Assembly (NCBI GenBank): GCA_026770705.1
Contig: JANJGN010000004.1
Location: 128,092,001 to 128,156,000, forward strand
Length of the DNA stretch: 64,000 bases
Source: Isurus oxyrinchus
Taxonomy: Eukaryota
Direction: 5' to 3'
Position 1 is the stretch's first letter; each line of letters begins with the position of its first letter. The notes under the pieces were generated by a model. The model saw only the letters and a list, made by a program, of their open reading frames with translations, did not search any database and was not told the origin of the DNA. Of this stretch, positions 24,721 through 38,253 are shown piece by piece. A program made the position numbers and the translations under genes.

Positions 24721-25991
24721 AAATATCTCATAGAATCATAGAATGGTTAGAGCACAGTCCGAGGCCATTTGACCAGAGATGCCCATGCCAGTTTTCCGCA
24801 ATTGTACCTCACCTAGTCCCACTCATCTGCTTTTTCCCCATAGACCCTGCAAATATTGTCTCCCTGGATAATTATCCAATATAGGAAGTTTGGTTGGAAT
24901 GTTTTCATACCAATAACCAAGGAGACACAAAATATGAGAATGGTTTAAGCACTAAAAATGTGGTATACCAACATTTGCTTATTCTAAGCATCATATATAC
25001 CACAGTTAGTTAGGAAAGTTAAGCTCCATAATGGCAACATGTCATGTTAACATTCTACAGTTTACTTAGAAAGATTTAAAATTTTGTTGGCTCATTAGAG
25101 TCATTTTTAACATTCGTGGTAACATTTCTGTAGCACATCTAAAAATAATACATGAGCAGAATTTTCCGTTTCCTCAGCCTGTCAGAAAAAGAGGCACATT
25201 CCACCTGACTAAAAGGCATGCTGTCTTTATTCAGTGTTGTATATGCACCAAAACATTGTTAAAGAATGAAAAATGATGGGAAATATGTATGGCTGAAGAG
25301 CTGAGAAATATACATGACAGAAGACTGCAAATGGGCAAAAATTTAAGCTAGAAGAAAAATCTCCAGAGCATGTCAAAAGGAATATTCTTACTAGGATATA
25401 TTCTGAGATATAGATATATACAGAGCAATATAGATTGCTATGATGCGATGATAGTGAGCAGCTGATTATATTTGCTGCTATAAATTCTCTATTTTAATTT
25501 TACTGAAGAATGAAAACATCAGCTTCATAAAAGTTCACAATTTTGTCATTGCAAAATTTTTCTGAAGCACACAGAAAAATAATAGTATTTTCAGAGGAGC
25601 CTGGTTATTATCAGAAACACCACAGTGTTGGTGACAAAATCTTAAAAAACCATCAGTGTTACATGATCAACATTAATTAAAACAATTAATAGTTCTCCTT
25701 GGCATTACCATCATGGAAACCCCGACCATCAATATCCTGGGGTTATCATTGACAGTAAATTGAATTGGATCAGCCATAAAATCCACTTGCCTGGATGAAA
25801 TTAACTCCAACAACAGTCAAGAAGCTCGGCACCATTTTGGACAAAGCAGTACGCTTGAGTGGCACCCCATCCACCACCATAAACCATTCACTCTCTCCAC
25901 CACTGGTACACAGTGGCAGCAGTGTGTACCATCTACAAAATCCATTGCAGCGACTCACCAAGGCTCCTTCACCAGTACCTTCCAAATCCAC

Positions 25992-28950
25992 AACATAGGA
26001 ACATAAGCAATAGGAGCGGGAGTGGGCCATTTGGCCCCTCAACCCTGCCCCATCATTCAAAAAGATCATGGCTGACCTGCCCCAGGCCTCAACTCCTCTT
26101 TCGTGCCAGCTCCTCATAGCCCTCAACTCCCCAATATTTCAAAAATCTATCTACCTCCTCTTTAAATATTTTCAGTGATCTAGTCTCCACAATTCTCTGG
26201 GATAGAAAATTCTAGACATTAATAACCCTGAGAGAAGAAATTCCATCACATCTCATAAATGAGTATCCGTATATTCTGCGACTATGTCCCCTAGTTTGAG
26301 ACTCCCCTGTAGTTGAAACATCTTCTCAACATCTACCCTGTCAAGCCCCCTCAGAATCTTGTACGTTTCAATAAAGTCACCCCTCATTCTTCTAAGCTAA
26401 TGAATAAAGGCCTAACTTGTTTAGCCATTCTTGATAAGTCAGTCCTTTCATCCTAGGAATCAGCCTACTGAATCTCTTTTGAACTGCCTCCAATGCCAGT
26501 ATATCCTTTTTTAAATATGGGGATCAAAACTATACACAGTACTCCAGGTGCAGCCTCACCAATACCCTGTACAGTTGTTAAACTCCAATCCGCGAGCAAT
26601 ACAGGCCAAAATTCCATTTGCCTTCTTAATTACTTGCTGCACCTGCATGCTAATTTTGTGTTTTATGCACAAGAACAGCCAGATCCCTCAATCCTGCACT
26701 TTTTTGGAGTCTCTCTATTTAAACAATAGTCTGCCTTTTGATTTTTCCTACATGACCTCACACTTTCCTACATTAAACTCCATCTGCCAGGTATTTGCCC
26801 ACTCACTCAACCTATCTATATCGCCTTGCAGGTTCCTTATGTACTCATCATCATATGCCCTCCCACCTACTTTAATTTTGTCAGAAAATTTGGATACATT
26901 AGACTCTGCCCCCTCCTCCAAGTCATTAATATAGATAGTGAATAATTAAGGTCCTAGGACTGATCCCTGTGGCACTCCACTAGTTTTGTCTTTCCAACCT
27001 GAAAAAGACCCATTAATCCTGACTCTGTCTTCTATATGTTAGCCAATCTTCAATCCATGCTAGTATATTACCCCCAATACTGTGAGCTTTCATCTTGTGC
27101 AATAACCTTTTATGTAGCACCTTATTGAATGCTTTCTGGAAATCCAAATACACTACATCTACAAGTTCCCCTTTATCAACTCTGCTTGTTATATCCTCAA
27201 AGAACTCTAGATTGGCCGGGCTGTTAACAGTGAGTTTGAGTGTCTTGGGCTACAGGAAGATATAGATGGGCAGATAAGTGGCAGATGGAATTTAACCCCT
27301 GAAAAGTGTGAGGTAATACACTTTGGAATGAGTAATTTGACAAGGAAGTATTTAATGAACAGCATGACACTAGGAAGTCCTGAGGAACAAAGGGACCTTG
27401 GCATGTGTGTCCATAGATCTCTGAAGGCAGAGGGGCATGTTAGTAGGGTGGTGAAAAAGGCATATGGACACTTGCCTTTATCAATCGAGGCATAGATTAC
27501 AAAAGTAGGAAGGTCATGTTGGAGTTGTATAGAACCTTGGTGAGACCACAACTGGAGTACCGTGTGCAGTTCTGGTTGCCACATTATAGGAAGGATGTGA
27601 TTGCACTGGAGGGAGTGCAGAGGAGATTCACCAGGATGTTGCCTGGGATGAAATGTTTAAGTTATGAAGAGAGGTTGAATAGACTTGGATTGTTTTCTTT
27701 GGAACAGAGAAGACTGTGGGGGCGACCTGATCGAGGTGTACAAGATTATGAAGGGCATGGACAGGGTGGATAGGGAATCGCTTCCCCTTAGTTGAAGGGT
27801 CAGTCACGAGGTGACACAAGTTCAAGGTGAGGAGCAGGAGGTTTAGGGGCGATGTGAGGAAAAACCTTTTTACCCAGAAGGTGGTGACGGTCTGGAATGT
27901 GCTGCCTGGGAGGATAGTGGAGGCGGGTTGCCTCACATCCTTTAAAAAGTACCTGGATGAGCACTTGGCACGTCATAACATTCAAGGCTGTTCACTGTTT
28001 GATTGCAGTAAGCTGTTCTAAATGTCCTATTTCTTCCTTAATAACGGACTCTGGCATTTCTCCAACAGATGTTAGGCTGACTGGCCTATAGATTGCAGCT
28101 TTTTGCATTCCTCCTTTCTTGAACGGGGCGTCACATTAGTGGTTTTCCAATCTGCTGGGACCCTCCCAGAATCCAATAAGTTCTGGAATATTTCGATCAA
28201 TGCCTCCACTATCTCTGCAGCCACTTCCTTTAAAACCCTTGGATACAGGCCATCAGGTTCTGGCAACTTGTCTGCTTTTAGTCCCATCAGTTTGTCAAAT
28301 ACTTTGTCCCTCATGACAGAGACTGTTACAAGGTCTTTCCTCCCATTATCTCCTTGCTTAACTGATATCTTTGGAGTGTTTATAGTGTCCTCCACCATGA
28401 GGACCGATGCTAAATACCCATTTAAATTATCTGCCTTTTCCCTGTTCCTCATTATCAATTCTCCAGTCGCATCCTCCAAGGGTTCCATGCTCACTTTAGC
28501 TACTTTTTTTTTATATACCCCTAGAGCCTCTTGCTATTGTTTTATATTTCTTGTGACTTTACTTTTGTAATCAATTTTCTCTTTCTTTATTAGCTTTTTA
28601 GTAATCCGCTGCTGGTTCCTAAAAAATTCCCAATCCTCTGCCCTGCCGCTAGTTTTCGCCGCTTTGTATGCTTTAGTTTTTGATTGGATACTCTCCTTGA
28701 CTACCTTTGTTTACCATAGGTGGTTTCATCCTTCTCATCGAGTCCTTCTTTTTGACTGGGATAAATTTTTGCTAAGCATTATGAAATATCAGCTTAAATG
28801 TCTGCCACTGCTCATCCACTGACATTCCCCTTAGTCTATTTTCACAGCCCCCTTTAGACAACTTTTTCTTCATACTTCTAATTGCCCTTATTTACTTCGA
28901 GGACACTGCTTTGAGACCAGTGTTGCTCACCCTCAAAACTGAATTTGTAA
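25992..28950 (-). mobile_element. CR1 LINE (5'-truncated, RT region)
   Basis: Tail ...cttatgttcctatg at 25995 and LMGLKADKLPEPDGLYPRVLKEVAAEIVEAL...VPADWK. Confidence 0.9.
27210..27990 (+). mobile_element. CR1 3' fragment nested in the minus-strand CR1
   Basis: MLELYRTLVRPQLEYRVQFWLPHYRKD...LSYEERL.RLGLFSLEQRRL. Confidence 0.9.
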
Positions 28951-29514
28951 CCTTTACTACCTAGAAGGACAAGGACAGCAGATGCATGAGAATACCACCA
29001 CCTGCAAATTCCCCTCCAAGCCATTCACCATCTTAACTTGGAAAAATATGGCCGCTCCTTCATTGTTGCTGGGACAAAATCCTTGAACTCTCTCCCTAAC
29101 AGCACTGTGAGTGTACCTATACCACATAGACTGCAGGTGGTTCAAGAAGGCAGCTCACCACCATCTTCTGAAGGTAATTAGGGATGGGCAATAAATGCTG
29201 GCCTAGTCAGTGATGTCCGCATCCAGTGAATGAGTAAATAAAAAAAAGTTTATCCACATTGCAAGTATCTGACAAAACAATAACACAATGTCACTCAAAA
29301 TAGAACAATTATTAAGGTAACAGTAAAACTAGTTAAAAATGCCTATATTTTCCATAATTGAAGCCTACAGTAGTAGGAAATCATTATTTTGAAACATGCA
29401 ATTTCTGATAACAGCTATAAAGTGCTTTAGGATGCATTGAGTTCATGAAATGTGCTGAATAAATGCAAGTCTTTTTTCTTTCATTAACAATGAGAGAGCA
29501 GTCTTATTATTTCC

Positions 29515-29935
29515 AGCAGGTGTCAGCTTTGGCTTAACCATCAGCCTCTCAAAGGTTGCAAGTCAAGCCACATCCCCATAATCTAGAATAATCATTCAGT
29601 GTTGTACTGAAGGAGTGCTACATTATCAGAGGTACAGTTTTTTGTACGAGGCATTAAACCAAGACCCTGTCTAGTCTCTCAGCTGTAGAAGTTTCCATAG
29701 CTTTATTTGAAAAACAGCAGTAGAGTTATCCCATTTCTGGTCAACATTTATCCCTCAGCCAACACAACTGGGAAACAAATTTGACGTGTTACCTGATGTT
29801 TGTTTGTGGGTCTTACTATGCACATATTGGCTGATTACATTAGGATTCATGGTTATACCTATAAAGTACTTCTTGGCTGTAAAGCACTTTAAGATGTCCC
29901 AAGGTCACAGAAGGCGTTATAAAATTGCAAGTTTA
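29515..29935 (+). mobile_element. SacSINE1-like Deu-domain SINE (degenerate)
   Basis: gtactgaaggagtgctacattatcagaggt...ttaaaccaagaccctgtc...tgtttgtggg...tggctgtaaagcacttt. Homologous to 33512-33935. Confidence 0.7.
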
Positions 29936-30361
29936 TAATCGAAGCTTGAGTTTAAGTTATTGTCCTAATATCATTACCAGCTTCTTAACACTCTTTGTAA
30001 TATATAGTGTGTTGGTTTTTATATGATCAAGTTTACTTTTAATTTTTTATATTTTATCATTCAACCATCATACTGAATCAGGTTAGTATATGGAATGTAG
30101 AAAAGGTGACATAATATTGGTGAAAGGATAATAAAGATGGCATGGTAGGAATTGATGGTGTACAAAGGTTAGGTTATAGACACCATAATATATGACAGTT
30201 TTGGGATTGTCAGCTACCTGGAAATCAATAGTTGTTTATACAAACATTAACATTATATCATAGCATTCCTTTTGGGTCTACAAACAGACAATAGTCGAGG
30301 AGAGAAACATCTGATGCCCTCCAGTGGCATTAATAGGTGACAACGTGAACCTGAAGATGAT

Positions 30362-30484
30362 GGCTGGAATTTTACAGACCCTTATGCTGGCAGGATCTAC
30401 TGGTGAATAGAGATTGCAATGGCTCGCCAGCCCCATTGTGGGGGAACCCACCGCGGGGAGGAGGAGAGCTGGAAAATTCTGGCC
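30362..30484. mobile_element. Harbinger-type MITE, 123 bp
   Basis: TIRs ggctggaattttac / ggaaaattctggcc with a 3-bp TSD GAT on both sides. Confidence 0.75.
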
Positions 30485-31162
30485 GATGTGACCAGGTGCT
30501 GAGATTCTATGCACATGTATTGTGTGAGAGTTAGGGGAACTACATTTTACAAAAATAGTAAATTGAATGAATTATTTGTTTACCTTACTAATATATATTT
30601 AACTTTTTACAAGGAAAGGTTAAAGCATCAAAGTGGACAACAATTTGGATTCAGTGTCTTTAACATAATTAAACCTCCCAAGATGATCACAACGTAAAAG
30701 TATTGGAAAGCCAAATATAAACAATGTTTTTCAATGCGCTGGGTTGAACAATGCACACATTTTCTTCACTTTTGTAGATCTGAATTCAAATAGAGGACAG
30801 ATTGAAGATGGAATTCTCCTTCCTTTTCCTCAGTTGTACAAATTTTAAGTGAAATTAATTTTGGCAGTCTCAGTCTAACTGTTCCTGGGTGTAATTTGAC
30901 AGCTAAAAACTGTCCATCATGTGATACGAATCAATGACATGATTCAGATAGCCCAAAGGTAAGTCTGATCTTGGCTCAGTTGGTTACATTCATGTCTCTG
31001 AATCAGACGATTCTGAATTCACACCCAAGCCGAGGGCCAAAACAGAAATGGCCTGACATTCCTAGGACCCACTCTATCATGCAAATGCAATGGAACAGAA
31101 TCCATCTTATCCTACTCCTGCATGTTGACTCTATCTCGAATTGTGGCAATAGAATCACTTAC

Positions 31163-31258
31163 GTAGCTAGGGCAGGACATGGATTTAATAGTCTTTGGCT
31201 TTTGCAGGACATAAGTACTTGTGCATTTGTACATCCACTTGAGCAGGGAGATAAGGCC
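31163..31258 (-). CDS. Candidate internal exon, 96 nt (phase 0-0)
   Basis: Acceptor atttcttcgaacag, consensus donor TAC|gtaagt, open reading GLISLLKWMYKCTSTYVLQKPKTIKSMSCPSY. Confidence 0.55.
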
Positions 31259-31521
31259 CTGTTCGAAGAAATTACCCAAGAGCAGTAACTCCTATATTGT
31301 AGCACTCCCACTGAAATCTTTATGGATGTAAAAGCTGTATTCCTGGGGCATCACAAAAACTCCTCCTGACATGCAGTGGGAGGAGTGGATGGAAGATATG
31401 TTCATGCCCCCTCCAATAGTCTGCAGACAAGGTGGAATCCTGGTGGAAATGAATTCTGTCCTAAATTCCTGGATTCGTCCACGCCCTTGGCAAGAAATCA
31501 TCAATAAATTTTTTAAAATCC

Positions 31522-32520
31522 CTGTGAGGGAACCTTAAACCAAAATAACCAAATTTATGAAACAATCCTCAGATGAAGAAATTAGCAACTAGAATTTCAT
31601 TTTTTGTAACTTTTACTTAAATACAAATCAGAACCAATACACATTAAATAGGAATTAACAGGCAAAAGATACTTAATGTAAAAATTTCACTTTAAGTAGC
31701 TGATATAAAGATCATCTTACACAACAACAAGCATTCCCCTTCAGCATTTATGACATTGCGTAGCTAGATAGTTCCACAATATACTGTTCTTTATTTCCAG
31801 TGTAGGACAGAAGTCCTATTTGACAACAGCTTTCACCCCAAAGTTTCAAAGATATGATCATCAGAAGCAAGGCATACTCATATGAATCCTCTCTCCCTTG
31901 GGTGATGACAGTCCTGATGGTGTAGCTTTCCCGAGTTCCTTTGCAACTGACCAAGCAATAACACCCCAGTTCATGGTTTGGTCACTTCTGGAAAACCATC
32001 TCAGAGCTATTCATACTGCTTTCCAGGTTTTAGAAATTTTTAGCCAGCTAGCACATTGCTTCCAAGAGCTACTGCCTCCTGTTCAGCCAACAGAAAAACT
32101 GACCTCTTCTTGAGGGAGGTCTGCTTCTTCTTCTCACAAGAATTTGTTGTTTTTCCCTTTGTCTGCTCTCTGTTTCTACATCTGCATGCTGATTGCCCTC
32201 TCCCTCCAGCACTTCTATCTTCTTTACAACAGTAGCTTTTTTTCTTGTCTTCTCTGTTTCTGGTCACATGGCTTTTTGTACCTTAATTTCCTTTTAGTTA
32301 GTATTGCATGAAGGGTCACCGGGTTACATGGACCAGTTACTCTTACTGCCCGAGCAAATAACAATTGATACTTTTACTATTGCTGCACACTCTTAAAAGT
32401 CCTTTTCAAACAATCACAATTTCCCTAGACATTTGAAAGAAATTACAAATTTTCCTTACTGTACTGTTCCAGGTCAAAGTTCACCCACATAAGAATCTTA
32501 AAACTGATTTAACATTCCCT
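31522..32520 (-). mobile_element. Solo LTR-like element, same family as 974-1781
   Basis: gatggtgtagctttcccgagttcctt...ttcatggtttgg is shared, inverted, with 1290-1420. Boundaries approximate. Confidence 0.55.
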
Positions 32521-32884
32521 GGATTAGTGAAGTATGAGGAATAGGGAGCACAAGCAGAATTTTGCTTCATCTCCAGCAGGAGTGTAAATTATTTTGGAGC
32601 AGTGTAACAGGAAACAAACCAAGTGACAAGAAGATGCATCCCCTGAAACACACCTTGTGTACTCCAAGATTCAACTCAACATTTTAGTTCAGAATTTAAG
32701 ACTAGGCTGGTACTTTTGAGCCTTCTAATGGCATTTAAACTCCTTCCAATTAAAAGAAAAATGTGGAAAACACAAAGGTTTCAACCAACTTCTGAATAAT
32801 GGCTACGACCCTTTATCAGATCCGTCATGATCGGGAGAAAATCCTCTTTACGAGATTAAAGAGAATAAATCAAGGCAGAGAAAG

Positions 32885-33290
32885 AGAAAGACTTATATTT
32901 ATGTAGCATCTTATCAGATCTCTTTACATTCTCTCCACAATTAATTACAATACAATGATCAGTACCATATAAACAAGCACAGCAGCTACTTCCACTCATC
33001 ACCATTCCACAAACAGCAATGAGAGATTTCTTAATCTATTTTCAAGGTGTTGAGTTTGAGAAGAATGTTGGGCAAGCCACCACACTGTTCTTTTTCAAAT
33101 GCCACAGGGTCCTTTAAATTTATCTCAAACAAGCAGAAGGGGCTTCTGTTTTAACATTTTCTTTAAGATTTCAGTACTTTCTCAGTACCACAGAGCAGGA
33201 CCAGCCTAATTAGATCAGGCAATGGAGCTTGAACTTAGTTTCTGCTTGAGAGGCATGAATAGGACGAACTGAGCCAAATGCACAACCCCA
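32885..33290 (-). mobile_element. Old Deu-domain SINE remnant
   Basis: Tail aaagacttatatttatgtagc, core ccacaaacagcaatg, head aactgagccaa. Confidence 0.45.
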
Positions 33291-33511
33291 TGAGCAGCAC
33301 ATAGAGGTTGAACAGGCAGCTGCACTAATGACAGTCTGTAAATTGATTTTAAAATGTGGGAAAGAAATGTAAAAAAGTGGCACAAGGAGGAATCTGTGGG
33401 GACTAAATGGACCCTGCAGCAAGTGGGAATAGCTCACTGAAATGGAGAGGACAGAAGTAAATTTGTCCTTGGGTGTCATCATAATAAATCAGGGAAGCAG
33501 CAGATGCTAAT

Positions 33512-33935
33512 GTCAGTGGTGACTCAGTTGGTAATGCTATCACTTCTGAGTCATGAAGTTGTGTGAGTTCACAAGCCACAGGTGCACAAAAGTTTAGGCT
33601 GACAGCCTAGTGCAATACTGAGTGAGTGTTTCACTGTCGGAGGTGCCATCCTTCGGCCCCCTCAGGGAGACATAAATAATCCCATAATTCATTTCAAAGA
33701 GGAGCAGGGTAGTTGTCCCTGGTGTCCTGGTCATTATTCATTCTGCAAGCAACATCAAAAAAACACTTTACCTGGTCATTATCAGATTGCTGTTTGTGGG
33801 AGTTTGCTGTGTGCAAATTGGCTGCTGTATTTCCTACATTGCAGCAGTAACTGCCCTTCAAAAAGTGCTTCATCGGCTGTAAAGCACTTTGGGTGATCAT
33901 GATTGATGCTACTTAAATGCAAATCTCTTTTTTTT
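33512..33935 (+). mobile_element. SacSINE1-like Deu-domain tRNA SINE
   Basis: tRNA-like head gtgactcagttggtaa...gagttc, body actgtcggaggtgccatc, Deu-type core attgctgtttgtgggagtttgctgtgtgcaaattggctgc, tail aaatgcaaatctctttt. Confidence 0.8.
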
Positions 33936-34115
33936 AAACCCAACTGAGGCCAAAAATTTGAGGCTAAGTCTGGAACAACAGCCTGTGGCAAAATTAGTAC
34001 TGCAATTACCTAATTAGTACTGCAAATTATGTGTTTTGTTTCCTAGAAACTCACATGTTCTTTTGCCTGGCCTACTTTCTGATTAAATTAATGAGACCTA
34101 ATGAAATAATCTTAC

Positions 34116-34171
34116 AGGGTGTACAGAGGACACACTGGAAGCAAATAGTGACAACGGGCGTAGTATCTTTT
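34116..34171 (-). CDS. Candidate internal exon, 56 nt (phase 1-0)
   Basis: Acceptor tcattcatcttag, donor CCT|gtaaga, CpGs retained. Reads KILRPLSLFASSVSSVHP, ending in phase 0. Confidence 0.45.
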
Positions 34172-34464
34172 CTAAGATGAATGATCACATTTTGTTCTCT
34201 GTCTCTGAAACTTGACATTTCTGATGCTATCAGCCAATCTGTACCATTGGCCAAGACCAATTTCACCCCCATTGATTCTGATGCAAGGTTGTTATCAGCT
34301 GACCAGACTATCAGCCAAAGTGGACTGACTATGACTCCAAAGCGGGAGGGAAAGCAGTGGAAGCAAACTGCTAAGCTTAGAAAATTGTGAAGTCAATTAA
34401 TTCAACCTTGCATTTATTAGGTAATGTATTACTAGATCGGTAGCAATTTAACTGAAAACCTTGC

Positions 34465-35358
34465 ATTATGATGTGGCAGATGACATGTGTCAGGTGGATC
34501 AAATCCAAGAGGGAAACTCGATCCCATTATCACAATGGCTTTGCAATTTGTGTTTATTTTGAGATGGGTGCCCTGATTTAGTGGTAATAAGTCCACCAAG
34601 ACTGTCGAGATTTTTTAGAAAACTAAATTAAACATTCATTAACAAAATAAAAAGATTTCAAGCACAAACAAAGGCCTAAAAATTACTACTATAATAACTC
34701 CTAAAACTCCTAATTAATCTGGCTTCCAATTCCACCCCCAGTAAGGCAAAAGTAAAATAAAAGAGATTTAAACAGATCCAGGCAAGTCCCCACAATACCC
34801 TGGGCAGTAGAATTCCAAGTGTCTTTTCCCAGCTTCATTTTCTGTAGATAGTAGGCTTGATGCAGAAATACTGGAGGCTTCTCACAGGTGTTAGATCTTA
34901 CAATGCCCTCCCTGACATATAGCCTCATTCTCCTTTATAGATGTTTCTTCCTTTTAATGCAAATTCCATTGTTCCCATATGTCTTTGGAACTTCATTTTT
35001 CTCATAATATGAATCATTTCATGGTGCTATTATTAGTAATATTTGGGAAAAAATAAACATTGCTCAGCCTAGTTTCTCTGGCTTGGTGTAACTTCCTACC
35101 ATCTCTTTGAAATTCAAACTACCCTGATTTATCTAAAAATGCAAATTCTCCTCACCTTACATTCTAAGACTTCAGCCATGTTTACATATTTAGCATTTCA
35201 AATCTAGCTTCTTTTGATGAGCCAAAGCCTCCAGACCAGCTATTTCCAATTCAATTGAATCACATGCATGCACACAGAGAAACTATCCAAACCCCACTAT
35301 TAACTATTTTTACAATAAATCACAATAATATTATGAGAATTATTATACTTTTGTGACA
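34465..35358 (-). mobile_element. Solo LTR (long, ERV- or Gypsy-like)
   Basis: Non-coding block ending ...tttgtgaca with LTR-like composition. Strand and left end are uncertain. Confidence 0.45.
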
Positions 35359-35474
35359 TTTGTCATGTTCCAACTAAAACAAAATGATAGTTAACCGAAG
35401 TGCATTTGGAGGATTATATTAATAATATACACTCCCTTTGGTAGAACCAAGAGTCATGAAAAACTAACATAATC

Positions 35475-35580
35475 TATGATCCAAAAATGCTGGAAACACT
35501 CAGCAGGTCAGGCAGCATATGTGGACTGATAAACAGAGTTAACTTTTCAATTTGATGATATAGAAGAGTTAACAGCAAAC
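35475..35580 (-). repeat. Penelope-type short terminal repeat remnant
   Basis: aaatgctggaaacactcagcaggtcaggcagcat...cagagttaac, related to 10463-10567. Confidence 0.5.
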
Positions 35581-35599
35581 TTTGATCAAGGTGCTTTGC

Positions 35600-36900
35600 T
35601 GTCACTGAAAAACAAATAGTGTGTTAGCTTCATCTCCACACTTAGCACTGCTGCAGCCTGACCCACACCTCACAGCATGCATACACTGCCAGATATTCAA
35701 ACATGACAGTCACGTCACCCAAACAGATTGCAAGGCACTCACTGACACTTCCATATTGTTTGCAAGACAAGGTGCACAACTGGAGGCAGCAGGAGCTAAC
35801 CAGAGGGGTGCATTGCCTCTGCATACCCTCACCAGCATGCAGGAAATGGTGCTGACCATTATTGGATGTGCATGCTGAGGCTGTGGGCAGCAGAGGGGCT
35901 GAAACCATGGATGATGTTGGTAACCTCATACCTAATCCTGCTTCTCACATCTCACCACCTCCTCATTCTGCACTGCCTCCTGATTTATAAGATGCAGGTG
36001 ATATAAGCATACACCACTCCCATCCCCCACTTCCTACACCACAACCCTTGTGCCTTTCTTCTTTCAGATACCTAAGAAGTGAAACCATACCAGGCAGTGG
36101 AGGGACAGCAAGAAGAAATAATGAAGCAACACCACTCTCCTTGATTTCACACTGGCAGCCACCAGCTCATATTCTGGTACTGCCTGTAATTTAGAGGTCA
36201 ACATAGAAGTGGGATCTGTACGTGGTGAGACACCAGGAACAAGTGGTGCAGCAGCCAAGGCAGCATATAAGTATAAATGCCAGCTCACGGGACAGCAAGG
36301 TCACAAGCAGGTTCTGCTGCAGAAGACTCAGATGAGCACTTCAGTGGAATAGTGTATAGAAGGCTATTGTGTGTGCACAAAGAAATACTTAGTGCAGTGG
36401 TAAGCCTGCCAGAAAACCTGCAGTCAATGTCAAGTTGCATGGAGGGGTACAGCACCAAATTGGCACAGGTCTTTGTCGGGCTTGGAGCCTATCCTTCCAA
36501 CATGGAAGTGATGACCAACTCCATTAGCAGACTTTTCAATTCAACCATGATGCAGTGTCTGGTAGCTGAAGGCACAGCTTCCATTACAGCCAAAGTACTT
36601 CGACCAGAAAGCTGAGTGCTGCAGTGGAAGCTCATGCAACGTCATTTTGCTGCCATGCAAACTCAGATTCCATCTAGTTGTGGATTACAGCCTGAAAATG
36701 GGGCTTGCTGGGTGTCACAGCAGTCCAGAAATCAGTTCTCTAGCAGATTACGAGGATTGCCGAGGTGCTGCCCCAGCATAGTGGCAATGGCTCTGTGAAG
36801 TACAAACCTACTGTCCACTCTCAGGAAGGCAGCATTCACCCTGTGACTTTTACCACTCTGTCAGTGCCTTTGCTGTTGTCAATCAGCCAGCCAGCCTAGA
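35600..36900 (+). pseudogene. Harbinger Myb-like ORF remnant (exons 2-3)
   Basis: Same layout and recognisable homology with 700-2700 (e.g. tgccttgctgttgtc...agccagccag). Confidence 0.55.
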
Positions 36901-37500
36901 TTGGAACATAAGAATAGATGTAGGCCATTTGGCCCCTCATACCTGTTCATCTATGCAGTGAGATCATAGCTGTTCTGTGACCAAACTCCAGTCTGTTAAC
37001 AGGCGGAAACCTAAAGAATAGGAATAAATGGGACATTCTCAGGATTGCATGCTGTTACTAGTGGGTACCACATGGATCAGTTCTGAGGCCTTAGCTATTC
37101 ACAAGCTATGCAAATGATTTGGATGTCAGGACCAAATGTAATATTTTCAAATTTGCTGATGTCACAAAACTAGGTGGGAATGTAAGTTGTGAGGAGAATA
37201 CAAAGAGACTTGGACAGGCTACGTGAGTGGGCTAGAGCATGGCAGATGGAATATAATGTGAATAAGTGTGAATTTACCCACTTGGGTAGAAAAAACAGAA
37301 AGGCAGAGTATTTCTTAAATGGTGAGATGTTGGGAGTGTTGATGTCAAAAGGGGCCTGGGTGTCCATGTTCCTAAGTCACTAAAAGCTAGCATGCAGGTG
37401 CAATAACCAATTAGGACAGCAAATGGTATGTTGGCATTTATTGCAAGGTGGTCTGAGTACAGGGATAAAGCTGTATAGAGCCTTGGTGAGACGAGAGACT

Positions 37501-38222
37501 GAGGTAGGCGGTGGCATGGTGGTTTTGTCACTGTACTAGTATTCCAGAGACCCAGGGGAATGCTCTGGTGAAATTTGGATTCAATAAATATCTGGAATTA
37601 AAAGTCTGATGATGACTGTGAAACCATTGTCGCTTGTTGTAAAAATCTATCTGGTTCACTAATGTCCTTTAGAGAAGGAAATCTGCCATCATTACCTGGT
37701 CTGGTCCACATGCGACTCCAGATCTACAGCAATCTGGTTGACCCTTAAATGCCCTCAGAAATGGCCTGGTAAGCCACTCAGTTGTATAAAACCACTAAAA
37801 GCCCAGCCTAAAAGGAATGGAATCAGACAGACCACCCGGCACTGACCTAGGCACTGGAAATGACAATGGCAAACTCAGCCCTCTCAATCCTGTAAAGTCC
37901 TCCTTATGAACATCTGGGGGCTGGTGCCAAAACTGGAGAGCTGTTTCACAGATTAGTCAAGCAACAGCCTGACAAAGTCATCCTCATGGAATCATACCTT
38001 ACAGGTAATGTCCCAGATTCCACTATCACCAACCCTGGGTTTGACCTGACCCAGCAGAGGTGGTGGCACAGTGGTATACAGTTAGAAGGGAGTTGGCCTG
38101 GGAGTCCTCAACATTGAGTCTGGATCCCATGAATCTCATGCCATCAGGTTAAACATGGGCAAGGAAACCTCCTACTGATTACCACGTACCAACACCCCCA
38201 CCGCCACCGCTCTCTCCCCCGC

Positions 38223-38253
<31 letters not shown>

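Larger units (their letters stand above)
25698..29247 (+). mobile_element. 3' fragment of the tRNA-headed LINE family (25698-25991 plus 28955-29247), split by a CR1 insertion
   Basis: Both halves align with 40400-41050 and join at ttccaaatccaca / ctacctagaaggacaagg. Ends ...aataaatgctggcc...aaaaaaa. Confidence 0.85.

Noticed and set aside
25066-25138. Possible minus-strand exon after acceptor tattatttttag
   Set aside because: Stops occur in all three frames before the next GT donor.
31292-31504. 70-aa ORF next to the 96-nt exon
   Set aside because: No recognisable motif or splice sites, so it is probably a decayed repeat or a chance ORF.
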